A DNA stretch of 64,000 bases from Gammaproteobacteria bacterium (GTDB lineage: Bacteria > Pseudomonadota > Gammaproteobacteria > VBWC01): assembly GCA_006218035.1 (NCBI GenBank), contig VBWC01000003.1, forward strand, positions 117,251 through 181,250, given 5' to 3'. A program made the translations under genes and the position numbers. The notes beneath the pieces were generated by a model. The model ran no database searches. It was not told the origin of the DNA and saw only the letters and a list, made by a program, of their open reading frames with translations. This document shows, piece after piece, positions 10,681 through 19,439 of this stretch (the stretch's first letter is position 1; each line of letters opens with the position of its first letter).

Positions 10681-11742
10681 TTGAAAATATTTGTCACCGG
10701 GGGCGCGGGGTTTATCGGCTCTGCTGTCATTCGCGACCTGATTACGGGGTCAGAAGACACCGTAGTAAACATCGACAAGCTGACCTATGCCGGCAATCTG
10801 GAATCACTTTCTGCGGTCGAGGCCAATCCCCGCTATACATTTGAACGCGCCGATATCGGCGCGGCTCCGGTACTGCGAAAGCTGTTCGAAAAGTACCGGC
10901 CGGACGCGGTACTGCATCTGGCTGCAGAGTCTCATGTCGACCGATCTATCGATGGACCTGCCCAGTTTATTTACACCAATATCGTAGGAACCTACGCACT
11001 GCTGGAGGAAACCCTGCGGTACTGGCAGTCATTGGGTAGAGAGAGGCGATCGAGTTTTCGTTTCCACCACGTGTCCACCGACGAGGTGTACGGGTCGCTC
11101 GGCGAAACCGGGTTGTTTGGTGAAGATTACCCGTATCAACCCAGTTCACCGTATTCGGCAAGCAAGGCGGCGTCGGATCATCTGGTGCGAGCGTGGCATC
11201 ATACCTACGGTCTGCCGGTTGTTGTCAGTAATTGCTCGAACAATTACGGGCCGTACCAGTTTCCCGAAAAGCTGATACCCCTTGCAATCCTGAATGCGCT
11301 CGCCGGAAAGCCGATTCCGGTATATGGCAATGGCGAAAACGTCCGTGACTGGTTATATGTCGACGATCACGTGCGGGCGCTGCGGATGATACTTGCACAT
11401 GGCAACATCGGTGAAAGTTATAACGTGGGCGGGCATAACGAAAAAACCAATATCGAGGTTGTCGAAACCGTGTGCGGCTTGCTGGATGACCTGCGGCCGT
11501 CGTCCCCCTGTCGTCCGCATGCCTCATTGATAAAGTTCGTTGAAGACCGCCCCGGGCATGACAAGCGGTATGCGATTGACTCCGGCAAGATCGGTCGCGA
11601 GTTAGGTTGGCAGCCGCAGGAAACTCTCGACAGCGGCTTGCGCAAGACGGTGCAGTGGTATCTGGAGAATCAGTCCTGGAGCGAACACATACGTGACGGC
11701 CGATATCGCGGTGAGCGACTGGGTCTGGAGCGTGTGAAGTGA
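10681..11742 (+). CDS. rfbB: dTDP-glucose 4,6-dehydratase
   Basis: It has the N-terminal Rossmann motif [13 protein letters not shown] and the catalytic YSASKAASD motif. It begins at a TTG codon after a GGGGAAGGGA ribosome-binding site. Confidence 0.88.
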   Translation: MKIFVTGGAGFIGSAVIRDLITGSEDTVVNIDKLTYAGNLESLSAVEANPRYTFERADIGAAPVLRKLFEKYRPDAVLHLAAESHVDRSIDGPAQFIYTNIVGTYALLEETLRYWQSLGRERRSSFRFHHVSTDEVYGSLGETGLFGEDYPYQPSSPYSASKAASDHLVRAWHHTYGLPVVVSNCSNNYGPYQFPEKLIPLAILNALAGKPIPVYGNGENVRDWLYVDDHVRALRMILAHGNIGESYNVGGHNEKTNIEVVETVCGLLDDLRPSSPCRPHASLIKFVEDRPGHDKRYAIDSGKIGRELGWQPQETLDSGLRKTVQWYLENQSWSEHIRDGRYRGERLGLERVK

Positions 11743-12626
11743 AGGGGATCATATTGGCAGGTGGCACCGGCACGCGGTTATACCCGCTGACACGGGTCGT
11801 CAGCAAACAGCTTCTGCCGGTGTATGACAAGCCGATGATTTACTATCCGCTGTCGGTTCTGATGTTATCCGGTATACGCGAAATCCTGGTGATTTCGACC
11901 CCGGAGGATCTGCCGCAGTTTCAGAAACTCCTGGGTGACGGATCGCAGTGGGGGCTGTCGTTCGTTTATGCACAACAGCCGCGTCCGGAAGGCATTGCGC
12001 AGGCATTTCTGATTGGTGAGTCGTTTATCGGCAACGACGCTGTATGCCTGGTGCTCGGCGATAATCTTTTTTATGGCCACGGGCTGGTGCGTGCGTTGCA
12101 GGAAGCAGTGGCGCGTCGCACGGGGGCCACGGTGTTTGGTTATCGTGTTCGTGACCCCGAGCGCTATGGAGTACTTGTATTCGATAAAAAAGGAAAGATC
12201 GTTGATATAGAGGAAAAGCCGAAACGCCCGCGTTCCAATATCGCGGTTACCGGGCTTTATTTTTATGATAATGACGTTATCGGTATTGCCAGGCAGATTA
12301 TGCCGTCGGCGCGCGGTGAGCTTGAAATCACCGACGTGACCCGCGCCTATCTTGACCGTGGTGATCTGCAGGTTGAAGTGTTGGGGCGTGGCGCGGCGTG
12401 GCTCGACACGGGCACACACCACTCGCTGCTGGAAGCCAGCCAGTTCATCGAGGTAATCGAGTCCCGCCAGGGCCTGAAGGTCTCCTGTCCGGAGGAAATC
12501 GCGTGGAGGATGGGTTTTATTGATGACGCGCAGTTAGAGATGTTGGCGCGGCCGCTGGAGAGTAGCGGGTATGGTCGGTATCTTCTCGACATGCTTGACC
12601 GCAAGAAATCAGACGATCGCGATTAA
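11739..12626 (+). CDS. rfbA: glucose-1-phosphate thymidylyltransferase
   Basis: The N-terminus [18 protein letters not shown]...[17 protein letters not shown] is typical of RmlA. The GTG start overlaps the rfbB stop. Confidence 0.9.
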   Translation: MKGIILAGGTGTRLYPLTRVVSKQLLPVYDKPMIYYPLSVLMLSGIREILVISTPEDLPQFQKLLGDGSQWGLSFVYAQQPRPEGIAQAFLIGESFIGNDAVCLVLGDNLFYGHGLVRALQEAVARRTGATVFGYRVRDPERYGVLVFDKKGKIVDIEEKPKRPRSNIAVTGLYFYDNDVIGIARQIMPSARGELEITDVTRAYLDRGDLQVEVLGRGAAWLDTGTHHSLLEASQFIEVIESRQGLKVSCPEEIAWRMGFIDDAQLEMLARPLESSGYGRYLLDMLDRKKSDDRD

Positions 12627-12648
12627 TCTATATTGGTTCGATACGACA

Positions 12649-13212
12649 ATGAAAATTATCAAAACCAGCTTGCCCGACGTGGTCGTTGTTGAACCCGATG
12701 TATTTGCCGACGTGCGCGGAAAGTTTATGGAAACCTTCCGGGTCAATCGGTATCAGGAGGCCGGAATTCCTGGCCCGTTCGTGCAGGACAATTTTTCCCG
12801 TTCGCAACGCGGGGTGTTGCGCGGTCTACATTATCAGTTGCAAAAACCGCAAGGCAAGCTGGTCCAGGTGCTGCGCGGTGAGGTGTTTGACGTCGCCGTG
12901 GATATCCGGCGCGGATCACCGACCTTTCGCCAGTGGACTGCCGCGATACTGTCGGAGGAAAACAACCGGCAGATGTATATTCCGCCGGGTTTTGCGCACG
13001 GCTTTCTGGTGTTGAGCGAGACCGTCGACTTCGTTTACAAGTGCACTGACTACTATGATCGGGATGACGAATGCGGTGTGTTGTGGTCGGATCCGGCGAT
13101 CGGGATACGCTGGCCGGGCGGTGAGCAGCTTTTGTCAGCGAAGGATAGTGCCTTGCCGGAACTTGCGGCGATACCTGATGAAAAGCTGCCGGTATATCAG
13201 GCGTCACCATGA
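12649..13212 (+). CDS. rfbC: dTDP-4-dehydrorhamnose 3,5-epimerase
   Basis: The RmlC cupin motifs VRGKFMETFR...RGLHYQ...KLVQVLRGEVFDVAVDIR are present. The start was trimmed from the ORF-track coordinate 12571 to the ATG at 12649. Confidence 0.88.
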   Translation: MKIIKTSLPDVVVVEPDVFADVRGKFMETFRVNRYQEAGIPGPFVQDNFSRSQRGVLRGLHYQLQKPQGKLVQVLRGEVFDVAVDIRRGSPTFRQWTAAILSEENNRQMYIPPGFAHGFLVLSETVDFVYKCTDYYDRDDECGVLWSDPAIGIRWPGGEQLLSAKDSALPELAAIPDEKLPVYQASP

Positions 13213-14084
13213 CAATGCTGGTTACCGGTTGTGGCGGGCAGGTGGGAACCGAGCTGCTGCGCCGGGCGCGTGCCCACGGAATCGACGTGATCGGATTGTC
13301 CCACCAGGAACTCGATATCACCCGTTCAGATCAGGTTGATGCCGCTCTGTCGCGATTGCCCGTTACCGTCGTTGTGAATGCCGCCGCTTATACGGCGGTG
13401 GATCGCGCCGAGCATGACAAAGCGGCGGCGTTTGCCGTCAATCGCGACGGCCCTGCCAATCTGGCGCAATTTTGTACCGGGCAGGGAATCCCGTTGATCC
13501 ATATTTCCACGGATTATGTATTCGACGGAAACAAGCCGGGACCGTACACCGAGAATGATCCCGTTGCGCCATTGGGCGTGTATGGGGCGAGCAAGGCGGC
13601 GGGTGAGCAGGCGGTCCGGGAGCTGGCGCCCAAGCATGTGATCCTGCGTACTGCCTGGGTGTATAGCGCCCACGGCCATAATTTTGTCAAAACGATGTTA
13701 AGGCTGGGCCGCGAGCGCGATGAGATTGGCGTCGTGGCCGACCAGGTCGGCTGTCCAACGGCGGCCGGGGAAATCGCGGTAGCCATTATTACCGTGATAA
13801 AGGCGATGCAGGCGGGCGGTGACCCGTGGGGAACCTACCATTTCTGTGCGGCCGGTCAGGCGAGCTGGTACCAATTCGCCTGCCGGATCTTCGAGATTGC
13901 CTCACGTTACCGGCCGTACCCGGTGACGGTAAAGCCTATTCCCGGCACGGCATATCCGACACCAGTACGTCGTCCGGCAAATTCGGTACTGGATTGCTCC
14001 AGAATCGAGGAAACCTTCGACCTAGACCGACGCCCGTGGCCAGGGCCTCTCGCTGACGTTCTCGGCGAAATTCATAATAATTAA
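13209..14084 (+). CDS. rfbD: dTDP-4-dehydrorhamnose reductase
   Basis: It has MLVTGCGGQVGTEL and the YGASKAAGEQ active-site motif. The ATG overlaps the rfbC stop. Confidence 0.88.
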   Translation: MTMLVTGCGGQVGTELLRRARAHGIDVIGLSHQELDITRSDQVDAALSRLPVTVVVNAAAYTAVDRAEHDKAAAFAVNRDGPANLAQFCTGQGIPLIHISTDYVFDGNKPGPYTENDPVAPLGVYGASKAAGEQAVRELAPKHVILRTAWVYSAHGHNFVKTMLRLGRERDEIGVVADQVGCPTAAGEIAVAIITVIKAMQAGGDPWGTYHFCAAGQASWYQFACRIFEIASRYRPYPVTVKPIPGTAYPTPVRRPANSVLDCSRIEETFDLDRRPWPGPLADVLGEIHNN

Positions 14085-14175
14085 TAAAAACAATAATAAA
14101 TATAGTCTATCTAATCTGTAAGGTCCGCTGTGTATGGGTGGTCCGTCGGTACCGGCCTCTCGCACAATGCCCCCC

Positions 14176-14203
14176 TAAAGTTATGCTCCCGAACGGCCGT
14201 TAA
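14176..14203 (+). promoter_or_regulatory. sigma-28 (FliA) type promoter upstream of fliC
   Basis: TAAAG is followed by a 16-nt spacer and GCCGTTAA (consensus TAAA-N15-GCCGATAA). It lies about 110 nt upstream of the fliC ATG. Confidence 0.6.
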
Positions 14204-14313
14204 CCTCATCGGAAGCGGTAAAAATTTCCGGTTTTTCGGCAAGTTTATCCGCTAGTGAAAAATCTGAGCCCGGCAACGCCGTTCAAAGGTTGTCAGGGCG
14301 CGAGGAGAGAAAA

Positions 14314-15744
14314 ATGCCTCAAGTAATTAATACTAACGTTGCGTCGTTAAACGCCCAACGTAACCTGAATAAGTCCCAGACCGAATTGTCCGTCGCGCTG
14401 CAGCGTCTGTCTTCCGGTCTGCGTATCAACAGTGCCAAGGACGATGCCGCGGGACTGGCGATTTCGGAGCGGTTCACCACGCAGATTCGTGGTTTGAACC
14501 AGGCTGCCCGTAACGCGAGTGATGGTATTTCGCTGTCGCAAACGGCGGAATCGGCACTTGGCGAGTTGACAGCCAACCTGCAGCGTATCCGCGAGCTGGC
14601 TGTCCAGTCGGCGAACGGCTCTAACTCTGCATCCGATCGTGCGGCTCTTGATCTTGAAGTGCAGCAGCGTCTCGCGGAAATTGATCGTATCGCGACGCAA
14701 ACCACGTTCAACGGTCAGCGCGTCCTTGACGGTACGTTCGGTTCGCAGCAGTTCCAGGTCGGCGCGAACGTTGGTGACACGATCACTATAGATCTGAGCA
14801 CCGGTGTTCGTCTGACCCAGATCGGCCGTATCGCCAGCAGCACCGGCAGTGCGGTAGATGCAAACGCGTTGGCGGCCAATGACGTGACGATTAACGGTAC
14901 TGCAGTAGGTGCCGCCGTCGCTGGCACGGGCGCTCAGCAGACCGTCGACAGTGCTTATGCGAAGACCAACGCGATCAATAATTCCGGTATCGCGGATTTG
15001 ACAGCAACCGCCATCACGGGCACCAAGGGCTCGGACAATGCGAGCCAGGGTGTTACATTGACTGACGCTGGCGACTCGTATTCGCTGACCATCAACGGTG
15101 TGGCGGTTTACAGCACGACAGGTGCAACGACAGTCACCCAGGCCTCTTTGGTCTCAACGATTAACTCGTTTTCGACGCAGACCGGTGTGTCTGCCGCTGT
15201 CAGCGGTACAGCGCTTAATCTGACCACGACCGATGGGCGGAATATCGTAGTGGTCGCTGCGCAAACGGAAGCGGGCGGCGGTACGGCCGACACCACGAAA
15301 GTTGCGTTCTCCGCCGGCACGACGACGACACGCGGTACGGTCAAATTGCAATCGTCAGCCGCTATATCGGTAACCGGTACCGTGGCGCGTATTGGCCACA
15401 GCGTGGGCAGCATTGCGCTGGATACCAATACCTCTCTTTCCGGAATAGGCGTGACCACGATTACCAACTCCAACACGGCGATACAACGTGTGGATTCGGC
15501 GCTGACATCGGTCAGTAATCTGCGTAGTACCTTCGGTGCTATCCAGAGTCGTATGTCGTCCACGATCTCGAACCTGGAAGCGATCTCGGAAAACCTCGCT
15601 TCTTCACGCAGCCGAATCCTGGATGCGGATTTCGCCGCCGAAACGGCGTCGTTAACCCGCTCCCAGATTTTGCAGCAGGCAGGTATTGCGATTCTGGCCC
15701 AGGCGAACGCGGCTCCGCAGAATGCTCTGGCCTTGTTGCAGTAG
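14314..15744 (+). CDS. fliC: flagellin
   Basis: The conserved termini are MPQVINTNVASLNAQRNLNKSQ and LSLLQ-type ...APQNALALLQ. The central domain is rich in Ser/Thr/Gly/Ala. The start was trimmed from 14290 to the ATG at 14314 after a GAGGAGAG ribosome-binding site. Confidence 0.93.
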   Translation: MPQVINTNVASLNAQRNLNKSQTELSVALQRLSSGLRINSAKDDAAGLAISERFTTQIRGLNQAARNASDGISLSQTAESALGELTANLQRIRELAVQSANGSNSASDRAALDLEVQQRLAEIDRIATQTTFNGQRVLDGTFGSQQFQVGANVGDTITIDLSTGVRLTQIGRIASSTGSAVDANALAANDVTINGTAVGAAVAGTGAQQTVDSAYAKTNAINNSGIADLTATAITGTKGSDNASQGVTLTDAGDSYSLTINGVAVYSTTGATTVTQASLVSTINSFSTQTGVSAAVSGTALNLTTTDGRNIVVVAAQTEAGGGTADTTKVAFSAGTTTTRGTVKLQSSAAISVTGTVARIGHSVGSIALDTNTSLSGIGVTTITNSNTAIQRVDSALTSVSNLRSTFGAIQSRMSSTISNLEAISENLASSRSRILDADFAAETASLTRSQILQQAGIAILAQANAAPQNALALLQ

Positions 15745-15770
15745 CGGTTCAAGGGATTAGTCGGCAGTAG

Positions 15771-15792
15771 CCCGGAGCCTTATGGCTCCGGG
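15771..15792 (+). terminator. perfect 9-bp stem-loop (CCCGGAGCC-TTAT-GGCTCCGGG) downstream of fliC; no U-tract
   Basis: The inverted repeat is read directly in the sequence. No T-run follows it, so it may act as an attenuator or RNA-stability element rather than a strong intrinsic terminator. Confidence 0.45.
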
Positions 15793-15834
15793 TGAACCCG
15801 GAACGAGAAACGAAACTGGTAATAGGTGAGAAAC

Positions 15835-16260
15835 ATGGTTAACGTGATTTCAAATCAGTTAACGACGCTGACCGCCAGCTCCGGGCCGGAGAAGGCGAAG
15901 CCGCCGGTCAAAGTGGATCTACCGGTGGTTGTCGAAGCGCGGCAGGAAATCGCCGCGGACAGGCCAGTATATCCACCGGCGGAGACGGATTCCTCGCAAG
16001 GGCCCAAGAGCAAGGCATCGGACCATGAGTCGGTCAGTGTCGAGGATGTGGCCCGGGCGGTGGCAGAGATCAACTTGCACTTTCAGAATCTGCAGCGCGA
16101 TCTTAAGTTCAGTGTCGACAGGAATAGCGGGCATCAGGTAATTACGGTCCTGGATTCCAAAACGAAGGAAGTGATTCGTCAAATACCCGCGGAAGAAGTT
16201 CAGGCGCTGGCACGGATGCTCCAAGGCGATATGGGGAGCTTGATCAAGACGGAAGCCTGA
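15835..16260 (+). CDS. flaG: flagellar protein FlaG
   Basis: It sits between fliC and fliD and has the FlaG-type C-terminal motif INLHFQNLQRDLKFSVDRNSGHQVITVLDSKTKEVIRQIP. An AGGTGA ribosome-binding site sits 5 nt before the ATG. Confidence 0.8.
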   Translation: MVNVISNQLTTLTASSGPEKAKPPVKVDLPVVVEARQEIAADRPVYPPAETDSSQGPKSKASDHESVSVEDVARAVAEINLHFQNLQRDLKFSVDRNSGHQVITVLDSKTKEVIRQIPAEEVQALARMLQGDMGSLIKTEA

Positions 16261-16263
16261 TCC

Positions 16264-16279
16264 TGGCCCTCGTTTTGCA
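16264..16279 (+). promoter_or_regulatory. sigma-54 type promoter upstream of fliD
   Basis: TGGCCC-N5-TTGCA has the GG and GC elements 10 nt apart (consensus TGGCAC-N5-TTGCA). It lies about 45 nt upstream of the fliD ATG. Confidence 0.55.
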
Positions 16280-16323
16280 TCGTTTACGGATGCAGGTGCG
16301 ATAGTTAGCTGACGAGGTCAGAT

Positions 16324-18384
16324 ATGGCGACGATTTCCTCCCCCGGCCTGGGTTCGGGCCTGGACATAGCCCGCCTGGTCGGGGATCTGGTTGCCGCAGA
16401 GGCGAAACCGACGACCCTCAGGCTGGACCGTCGTGAAGCGGCGCTGCAGGCGGATTTATCGGCCTACGGCACGCTTCGCGGCGCTCTCTCGTCATTCTCG
16501 GCAACGCTGACAAAGATCAGCAGCCTGACGAGTTTTCAGGCCAGATCGGCTGGCTCCACGGATGACAAGGCGGTAAGGGCGACCGCGACCTCGACCGCAG
16601 TTACCGGAACCTACAATATCTCCGTCACTCAGCTCGCCAGGGCGCATTCGCTGGCGACGCCGGTGGGAGCATTCACGTCGATAACCGATCCGGTCGGCAC
16701 CGGCATCCTGACGTTCAAGTTCGGTGCTACTGTCCATACCGAGCCCGATACCTATACATCGTTTACCCAGAATGCGTCGGAGGCAATACAGACGGTCACG
16801 ATTGATTCCACCAACGACAGCCTGCAAGGTGTTCGAGACGCGATTAACGCGGCAAATATTGGCGTTACCGCGACGATTATCAACAATGGATCCGGCTATC
16901 GGCTGGTGATGACGTCCGGTGACACCGGCGCCAACCACAGCATGCAGATTACGGCCGACGATGACGATCTGAACGACACCAATGGTAGTGGCCTGTCGAT
17001 TTTGGCATTTAACGCATCGGCCACGAACATGATACAAACCCAGGCAGCGCAGGATGCTGCGCTGTCGATCAACAATATCGCCGTGACGAGCGACAAGAAC
17101 ACGCTGACGGAAGCCATCGAAGGCGTGACGTTGACGTTGCTCAAGGATGCTTCCTCAGCAACCGTGAGTGTCGCGACCGATGTGAACCTCGTTACAAAGA
17201 ATATTGAGGCGTTCGTTAACGGTTATAACACCCTTATCGGCAGCGTAAAACAACTGACCAAGTTCGATCCGACCGGAAAAAGCTCTGGCGTATTGCTGGG
17301 CGATACGACGACACGGGCCATCGAATCGCAAATCAACGCCATTTTAGGCGCTGGCGTGGATCAGCTCACCGGTCCCTATTCGATCCTGGCGGATATCGGC
17401 GTCACCCGGAACACGGACGGCACCCTGAAGCTTGACAGCAGCAAGCTGCAAACGGCGCTTGACACTAATTTTGATGCGGTTGCAGGGTTATTCGTTGCGC
17501 AGGGTAAACCGACGGACGCGTTGGTCAAGTTTACGGGGTCGACCGCGAGCACAAAGATAGGCTCTTATAGCGTTGGCGTGACGCAGCTTGCGACTCGAGG
17601 TGTCATCAACGGGAACGGTACGGGCGCGTTGGCTGACAATGGCGCCGGAAACTTCTCGACGCCGTTCAATGTGGATGTTGACAACGATGCCTTCAAGATC
17701 AAGGTTGATGGAATCGAGTCAGATACGATTACGCTCACTGCCGGAAATTACACAACGACCGCGTCACTGGCTGCGGAAATTCAGGCCAGGATCAACGGCG
17801 ATACGAATCTTGAAAATGTCGGAATCACCGTGGCAGTATCGTTTGATGCGATCAATAACCGGCTTGTGTTTACCTCTGATCGCTTTGGTTCGGCATCCAA
17901 GCTTGAATTTACCGAGGTGGATATCAATACTGGCGCGGAGCTCGGTTTTACCACTGCGCTGGTCGCGACGGACGGCGTCGATACTGCCGGCTCTATCGGC
18001 ACGCTGGGAGCATCCGGGTCCGGGCGTTTCCTGACCGGCACAGGCGACGCGACCGGTTTGAAGCTCGAGGTGATAGGCGGGGATACCGGAACGCGTGGTA
18101 ACGTCACTTTCACCCGTGGATACGCCGATCGGCTGAATACCTTGATTGATGAGTTTCTCAAAGGCAACGGTCTTCTCGATACGCGGGTCGTCGGGATTCA
18201 GGGGACAATCGATAATATCGAGGAGGACCGCGTGGCTCTGAACCGCCGCCTCGAGACGCTCGAGGCCAGATTATTCGCCCAGTTCAATGCAATGGATACA
18301 TTGGTTGCTCAATTAAGTGCTACCAGCAATTTTCTGACGCAGCAGCTGGCGGGTCTGCCAGGGGCCTCGCGGCGCAGCGGGTAA
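16324..18384 (+). CDS. fliD: flagellar filament cap protein FliD
   Basis: The 686-aa product has the N-terminal ISSPGLGSGLDIARLVGDLVAAEAKP motif and a C-terminal coiled coil. Confidence 0.9.
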   Translation: MATISSPGLGSGLDIARLVGDLVAAEAKPTTLRLDRREAALQADLSAYGTLRGALSSFSATLTKISSLTSFQARSAGSTDDKAVRATATSTAVTGTYNISVTQLARAHSLATPVGAFTSITDPVGTGILTFKFGATVHTEPDTYTSFTQNASEAIQTVTIDSTNDSLQGVRDAINAANIGVTATIINNGSGYRLVMTSGDTGANHSMQITADDDDLNDTNGSGLSILAFNASATNMIQTQAAQDAALSINNIAVTSDKNTLTEAIEGVTLTLLKDASSATVSVATDVNLVTKNIEAFVNGYNTLIGSVKQLTKFDPTGKSSGVLLGDTTTRAIESQINAILGAGVDQLTGPYSILADIGVTRNTDGTLKLDSSKLQTALDTNFDAVAGLFVAQGKPTDALVKFTGSTASTKIGSYSVGVTQLATRGVINGNGTGALADNGAGNFSTPFNVDVDNDAFKIKVDGIESDTITLTAGNYTTTASLAAEIQARINGDTNLENVGITVAVSFDAINNRLVFTSDRFGSASKLEFTEVDINTGAELGFTTALVATDGVDTAGSIGTLGASGSGRFLTGTGDATGLKLEVIGGDTGTRGNVTFTRGYADRLNTLIDEFLKGNGLLDTRVVGIQGTIDNIEEDRVALNRRLETLEARLFAQFNAMDTLVAQLSATSNFLTQQLAGLPGASRRSG

Positions 18385-18462
18385 TGATGTGATGGGAGCG
18401 GCCCGTCTGCCGGTTTTCGGTGTGAAACTGAATCAGATATCGACGTAACGGCATGGGCCACC

Positions 18463-18489
18463 TAAAGCATATGGCACTTAGGCCGATAA
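18463..18489 (+). promoter_or_regulatory. sigma-28 (FliA) type promoter upstream of fliS
   Basis: TAAAG-N15-GCCGATAA is an exact consensus match. It lies about 75 nt upstream of the fliS ATG. Confidence 0.7.
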
Positions 18490-18562
18490 ATCGTGTACTA
18501 CGGCGCTCGCATTTAGTTGGCAGACCTGTTGAATATAAAATAAAAGAGTAAAAGGCAAGACT

Positions 18563-19018
18563 ATGAATTATGTGAAGACCACGGGCGCGTTGAAAGAGTA
18601 TAGCCAGGTCGGCGTCCATAGCGGGGTTGCCGCGGCGACGCCCCATCGTCTGATCCAGATGCTGATGGAGGGTGCCTTGGGCAAAATCGCCGGCGCGAAG
18701 GGCGCGATGGGCCGGGGCGATGTGCCTGCAAAGGGTGCCCAGATCAGCTGGGCGATATCGATCATCGACGGTTTACGTATGAGCCTCGACATGGAAGCGG
18801 GCGGAGAAATCGCCGACAACCTCAACCGTTTATATGACTACATGACCCGGCGTCTGCTGGAAGCGAATCTCAAGAACGAAGGCGCTTACCTCGATGAGGT
18901 GGCGAATCTGTTAAAGGAAATCAAATCGGCGTGGGACTCCATACCCGCCGAAATCAAAAATGCGCACGCTAACAACTCACCGGAACCCCCGTCCACGGTC
19001 GCATCGGCCAAGGGTTGA
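18563..19018 (+). CDS. fliS: flagellar export chaperone FliS
   Basis: The FliS motifs MNYVKTTGALKEYSQVGVHSG...PHRLIQMLMEGAL are present. Confidence 0.88.
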   Translation: MNYVKTTGALKEYSQVGVHSGVAAATPHRLIQMLMEGALGKIAGAKGAMGRGDVPAKGAQISWAISIIDGLRMSLDMEAGGEIADNLNRLYDYMTRRLLEANLKNEGAYLDEVANLLKEIKSAWDSIPAEIKNAHANNSPEPPSTVASAKG

Positions 19019-19033
19019 TCTGGTCATAATGCC

Positions 19034-19381
19034 GTGAGTTCGATGCAGTCGGAAACGGATACATCCGCGCAGCGTGCGCCATTAACGTTGATCATCGAGC
19101 TTACCCGAAAAATGCTTGCCGCCGCCCGTCAGAGCGACTGGGACACGGTATTGAGTTATGAAAATCGGCGCCGGCTGATCATGCAACAGACGTTTACGAA
19201 CGTTCCTGCATTGTCGGAGCTAAGCAATCTGGCCAGTTGTATCGAGGAGATATTAGGTCTCGATCGCGAGCTTATCGCACTTGCCGAGGGCGCCAGAACG
19301 GGGTTTGCAGATCAATTGAGCGTACTCAGGACCAGCAAAAAGGCCGTAAAGGCCTATACATTACCCGCTACCGCCAGTTAA
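19034..19381 (+). CDS. fliT: FliT-like flagellar chaperone (small helical protein after fliS)
   Basis: It is assigned from its position immediately after fliS, its 115-aa size and its helical character. The similarity to FliT is weak. Confidence 0.45.
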   Translation: MSSMQSETDTSAQRAPLTLIIELTRKMLAAARQSDWDTVLSYENRRRLIMQQTFTNVPALSELSNLASCIEEILGLDRELIALAEGARTGFADQLSVLRTSKKAVKAYTLPATAS

Positions 19382-19439
19382 TCGGGCGATCCCGGGCCGA
19401 TGCGACCGCACCACCTACCGCTCCGACACACCTCGCTTG

